From the NCBI RefSeq assembly GCF_016432865.1, contig NC_067399.1, positions 224,626,001 to 224,690,000 of the forward strand: 64,000 nucleotides of DNA. The letters run 5' to 3'. Below the pieces are notes generated by a model that worked only from the letters and a program-made list of their open reading frames with translations, made no database searches and was not told the origin of the DNA. Source of the DNA: Antechinus flavipes (lineage: Eukaryota). Both the position numbers and the translations under genes were made by a program. Shown here in pieces: positions 46,521-64,000 of the stretch (its first letter is position 1; each line of letters opens with the position of its first letter).

Positions 46521-47820
46521 TCTAGAGAAGACTGTCCTCAGAGAGAATGTCAATGTGTCTATTTGTGTGTGTGAAAGATTGGATCCAGTAGGTGTGTGTT
46601 AGGATGCAAATGTAGGAGGCTGGTCTCTGAATCCATGTATCCGTATAAGTCATTTTAATGGTTGGTAACAATTAAATTTGAATTCTAACAAAGTGAGTTT
46701 TGCCTTGAATGTATTCTCACATTACCATACTGTTAAAGAATGTACTGATTTCTTTTGGTTTCAGCATTTCTACCTTATTTGCTCAGACCCTGTACATCAA
46801 AACAATCTCATTGCTGTTGTCATGAGAAACTTTAGAATTCAGGACCCTGATAAGCTGCCATTTTCTACCCATGAAGTCAATGAATGTTGGCTGAAAGGGA
46901 TCTTAAGAGGCCATTTAGTCCAAGCTTCAACCTGGTCAGGAATCCCAGTATGTCATCAATTCTTTCTCTAAGATCTCTCTCCAAGGGTCCCCACTCCCAT
47001 CTCCCAACTTCCCCAGGCAGCCCATCTGAATACTTTGGGGCAACTGTGTTAGGAAGTTTTTTTCTGGCATTTTTTTTTCCTCTCACTTCATAAGAGTAAT
47101 GAACTCTACTAAATTTGACAATGTCACTCAAAATCCAAATTTTGATTAGGTTAATAATGGAACCTCTCATCTTTTCCCACTGATTTGGTAGAAAGCAGCC
47201 TGTAGTTAGAGACAAAACCTGGGTTTGAATCCCAGCTCAGACACCTATGAACACCCAAGTGACCAGATCATCCCTAAATCCTCTGCCCAGATGACTTCTG
47301 TAGCTTTCAAGTGCCTACTAAATAATGACCTTATCCAAAAAAATGCCCTTTGCTTGGCATTCCAGGATCCTCTAGGAACCAATTTTCTTCTTCGTGAAAT
47401 AGAAATAATACTGTCATTACCTAACTCACAAGTTGAAATGAGTCAAGTGCTTTTGCAAACCTTGGTCCTGAATCTTCCTTGCCCCTTTCCCTGTATCAGC
47501 TGTACATTTTAACATATTACATCTTTAATCTGCATGATTTTTCATGGATTGCCACCCACCCACCCTCTCTTTTCCTCTACCTCTTGGAGTCCTTTACTAT
47601 GTATCACTTCTCCAATGTGTCTTGGTCCTGGGACGAAGGACAAACAAAGCTCCCTTCTAGTGAGGTCTTCCATGACTATTAGTTGTGACTTCTCTCCCCT
47701 TCCATTTACTGGTTATATATTTTTTAATTTCTTTGTTTGTGTATTTGTTCCCCACCTCAGGAGTTTAGCCCTGCACAGCAAGAGGCTTAATATTTTTCTC
47801 CCTTCCCTCCCTCCCCCCGC

Positions 47821-47935
47821 TCCAGGCAATTGGGGTTGTGACTTGCCTGAGGTCACACAGTATTAAGTGTCTGAGGAAGGATTTGAACTAAGGTCAGGGC
47901 GGGTGCTCCATTCACTGCACCATCTTGCTGCCCCC
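47821..47935 (-). mobile_element. WSINE1-like short CORE-SINE
   Basis: Minus strand reads GGGGGCAGCAAGATGGTGCAGTGAATGGAGCACC...AGTTCAAATCC..CTCAGACACTTAA..TGTGTGACC...GCAAGTCACAACCCCAATTGCC. Family assignment is from memory. Confidence 0.65.
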
Positions 47936-48199
47936 AGCCTAATAAACATTTGTGATTTAATTAGATGGAATCAAGAGTTTGGGAAGGGTGGCCTGTGTGC
48001 AGGAGACTGAGCTCTGAAGGGGTGTTTGCAGCAGGATGCGAGAGAGAAAGTGCATATGAAGGAGACAGGGCATTGTGCAGCAGTAAGAAACTGGACTCTG
48101 GGAGGGAGGGGGAATGTGTGTATGTGCAGGAGGCCCAGCTGGGGCAGTGTACTTGAATAGAAAGCTGGACTCTGATGGTGTGCACGTGTAGGAAGCAAG

Positions 48200-48846
<647 letters not shown>

Positions 48847-49534
48847 GGCGGCGCGGCCCCCCTGCAGGTAATGCCCTCCTGCCCTCCTGCCCTCCGGAGC
48901 TGGCGGCGGAGAAAGCCCGCTCGGGCCAGCCCTGGCTTCACCTGCGCCCTCCCCTTGTGTCTCCCAGATGGCTCTGTGCTGTGGAGGAAGCGTTTTCGTG
49001 CTCATCTCTCCTGCCTGCTCAGAGCTGAGGATGCCACAAGCCTGAGCCCCGGAAAGGCCTCCGAGGAACGCGGAGAAGCCTGCCACCAGGACCAAAAGCC
49101 TCGAAGAGGATGGGAAGCAGCTGCTCCAAGGCTGAGGGGTTTGGGCCCCTATTAAACATCCCCCTCCTCTTTTGAGGCTAAACTGGCATTTGTTAAGAGG
49201 CAAAGATTGCTTACTGGGAGATGGGAGTGGGGAAGAGCTGGAATGGTTTCTGTGCACGGTGGGTAAGGAGCCGAAGATCACCCTATGTGGGTCTTCAGGT
49301 TGGCTATGAAGAAAAGGCTGTCCAGGAATTATTGGGTGAGGGAGAAATCTTTGGAAACGTCGGTCCCTATGGAAGGGGCTGCCGCAGCAACATTCTCCTC
49401 CTTTCCAGGGTTTCCTGATAAAATTTGATGCTAGGTAGAATAAGGGATGGGGGGTAGGGACTTTTTATACTGCATTCAGTGCTGTCCATCTTTCAAAATA
49501 GCAAACATTTCTTGAGGTTTTTTTCCAAACAACT

Positions 49535-49540
49535 TTTATT
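49535..49540 (-). terminator. Candidate poly(A) signal AATAAA of the long AGBL5 isoform
   Basis: tttatt about 320 nt past the AGBL5 stop. Confidence 0.6.
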
Positions 49541-49856
49541 TCCTCAAAGTCTTCCCTATCCTATGAAACAAGCCAGAGGCAAAATCTGCCACTGAACAGG
49601 GCTCAGTGTAGGGACTGATTTCTTTTTCCAACCCACCAATATAAAAAATATATATATATGGTCCCAAATTCCTGTGCTGTGGAGGGAGGGATGGGGCTGG
49701 GAGGTCCCTGCTCCTTTGTCACCCCAAATGGTCCCGGGACAATGAGGCTGACTCTCTAAGGAGCCATGGTTATTACAGGGGGTGAAGCAATTGTTAGGGC
49801 GTTTCCTGTGCCCTAAAACCATGGAAGGATGCCCTGCCATGGAGTCAGGGACAAAA

Positions 49857-64000
<14,144 letters not shown>

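Noticed and set aside
45034-46602. Cluster of overlapping 60-204 aa ORFs on both strands
   Set aside because: Pro/Gly/Arg-rich, mostly non-ATG starts, typical of CpG islands. The region is reported as regulatory instead.

Overview
Vertebrate genomic DNA, inferred to be marsupial and probably Australian (CORE-SINEs including a WSINE1-like copy, marsupial-type L1 3' ends, many L2/L3 fossils, moderately diverged proteins). The gene order matches human 2p23.3 in reverse: ABHD1 (first coding exon only, -), CGREF1 (+, 5 coding exons, 320 aa), KHK (-, 298 aa, both mutually exclusive exons 3A and 3C intact), EMILIN1 (-, 8 exons, 1010 aa), OST4 (+, 37 aa, missing from the ORF track) and the 3' part of AGBL5/CCP5 (-, 9 full exons plus a partial one). 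I reconstructed every exon by hand; all introns are GT-AG and the frames close. Most ORF-track entries are GC-rich or low-complexity noise. I found no convincing new biological system. Best leads: an intronic-polyadenylation AGBL5 isoform with a gap-free conserved-looking alternative C-terminus, the KHK A/C exon switch, a perfect 491-bp microhomology-bounded tandem duplication (real or assembly artefact), a CTCF/E-box cluster between the EMILIN1 poly(A) signals and the KHK promoter, an orphan CpG island at about 45.3-46.5 kb, and a 23-aa repeat in the CGREF1 tail. Orthologue comparisons are from memory and were not run as searches. There is one 128-N gap.
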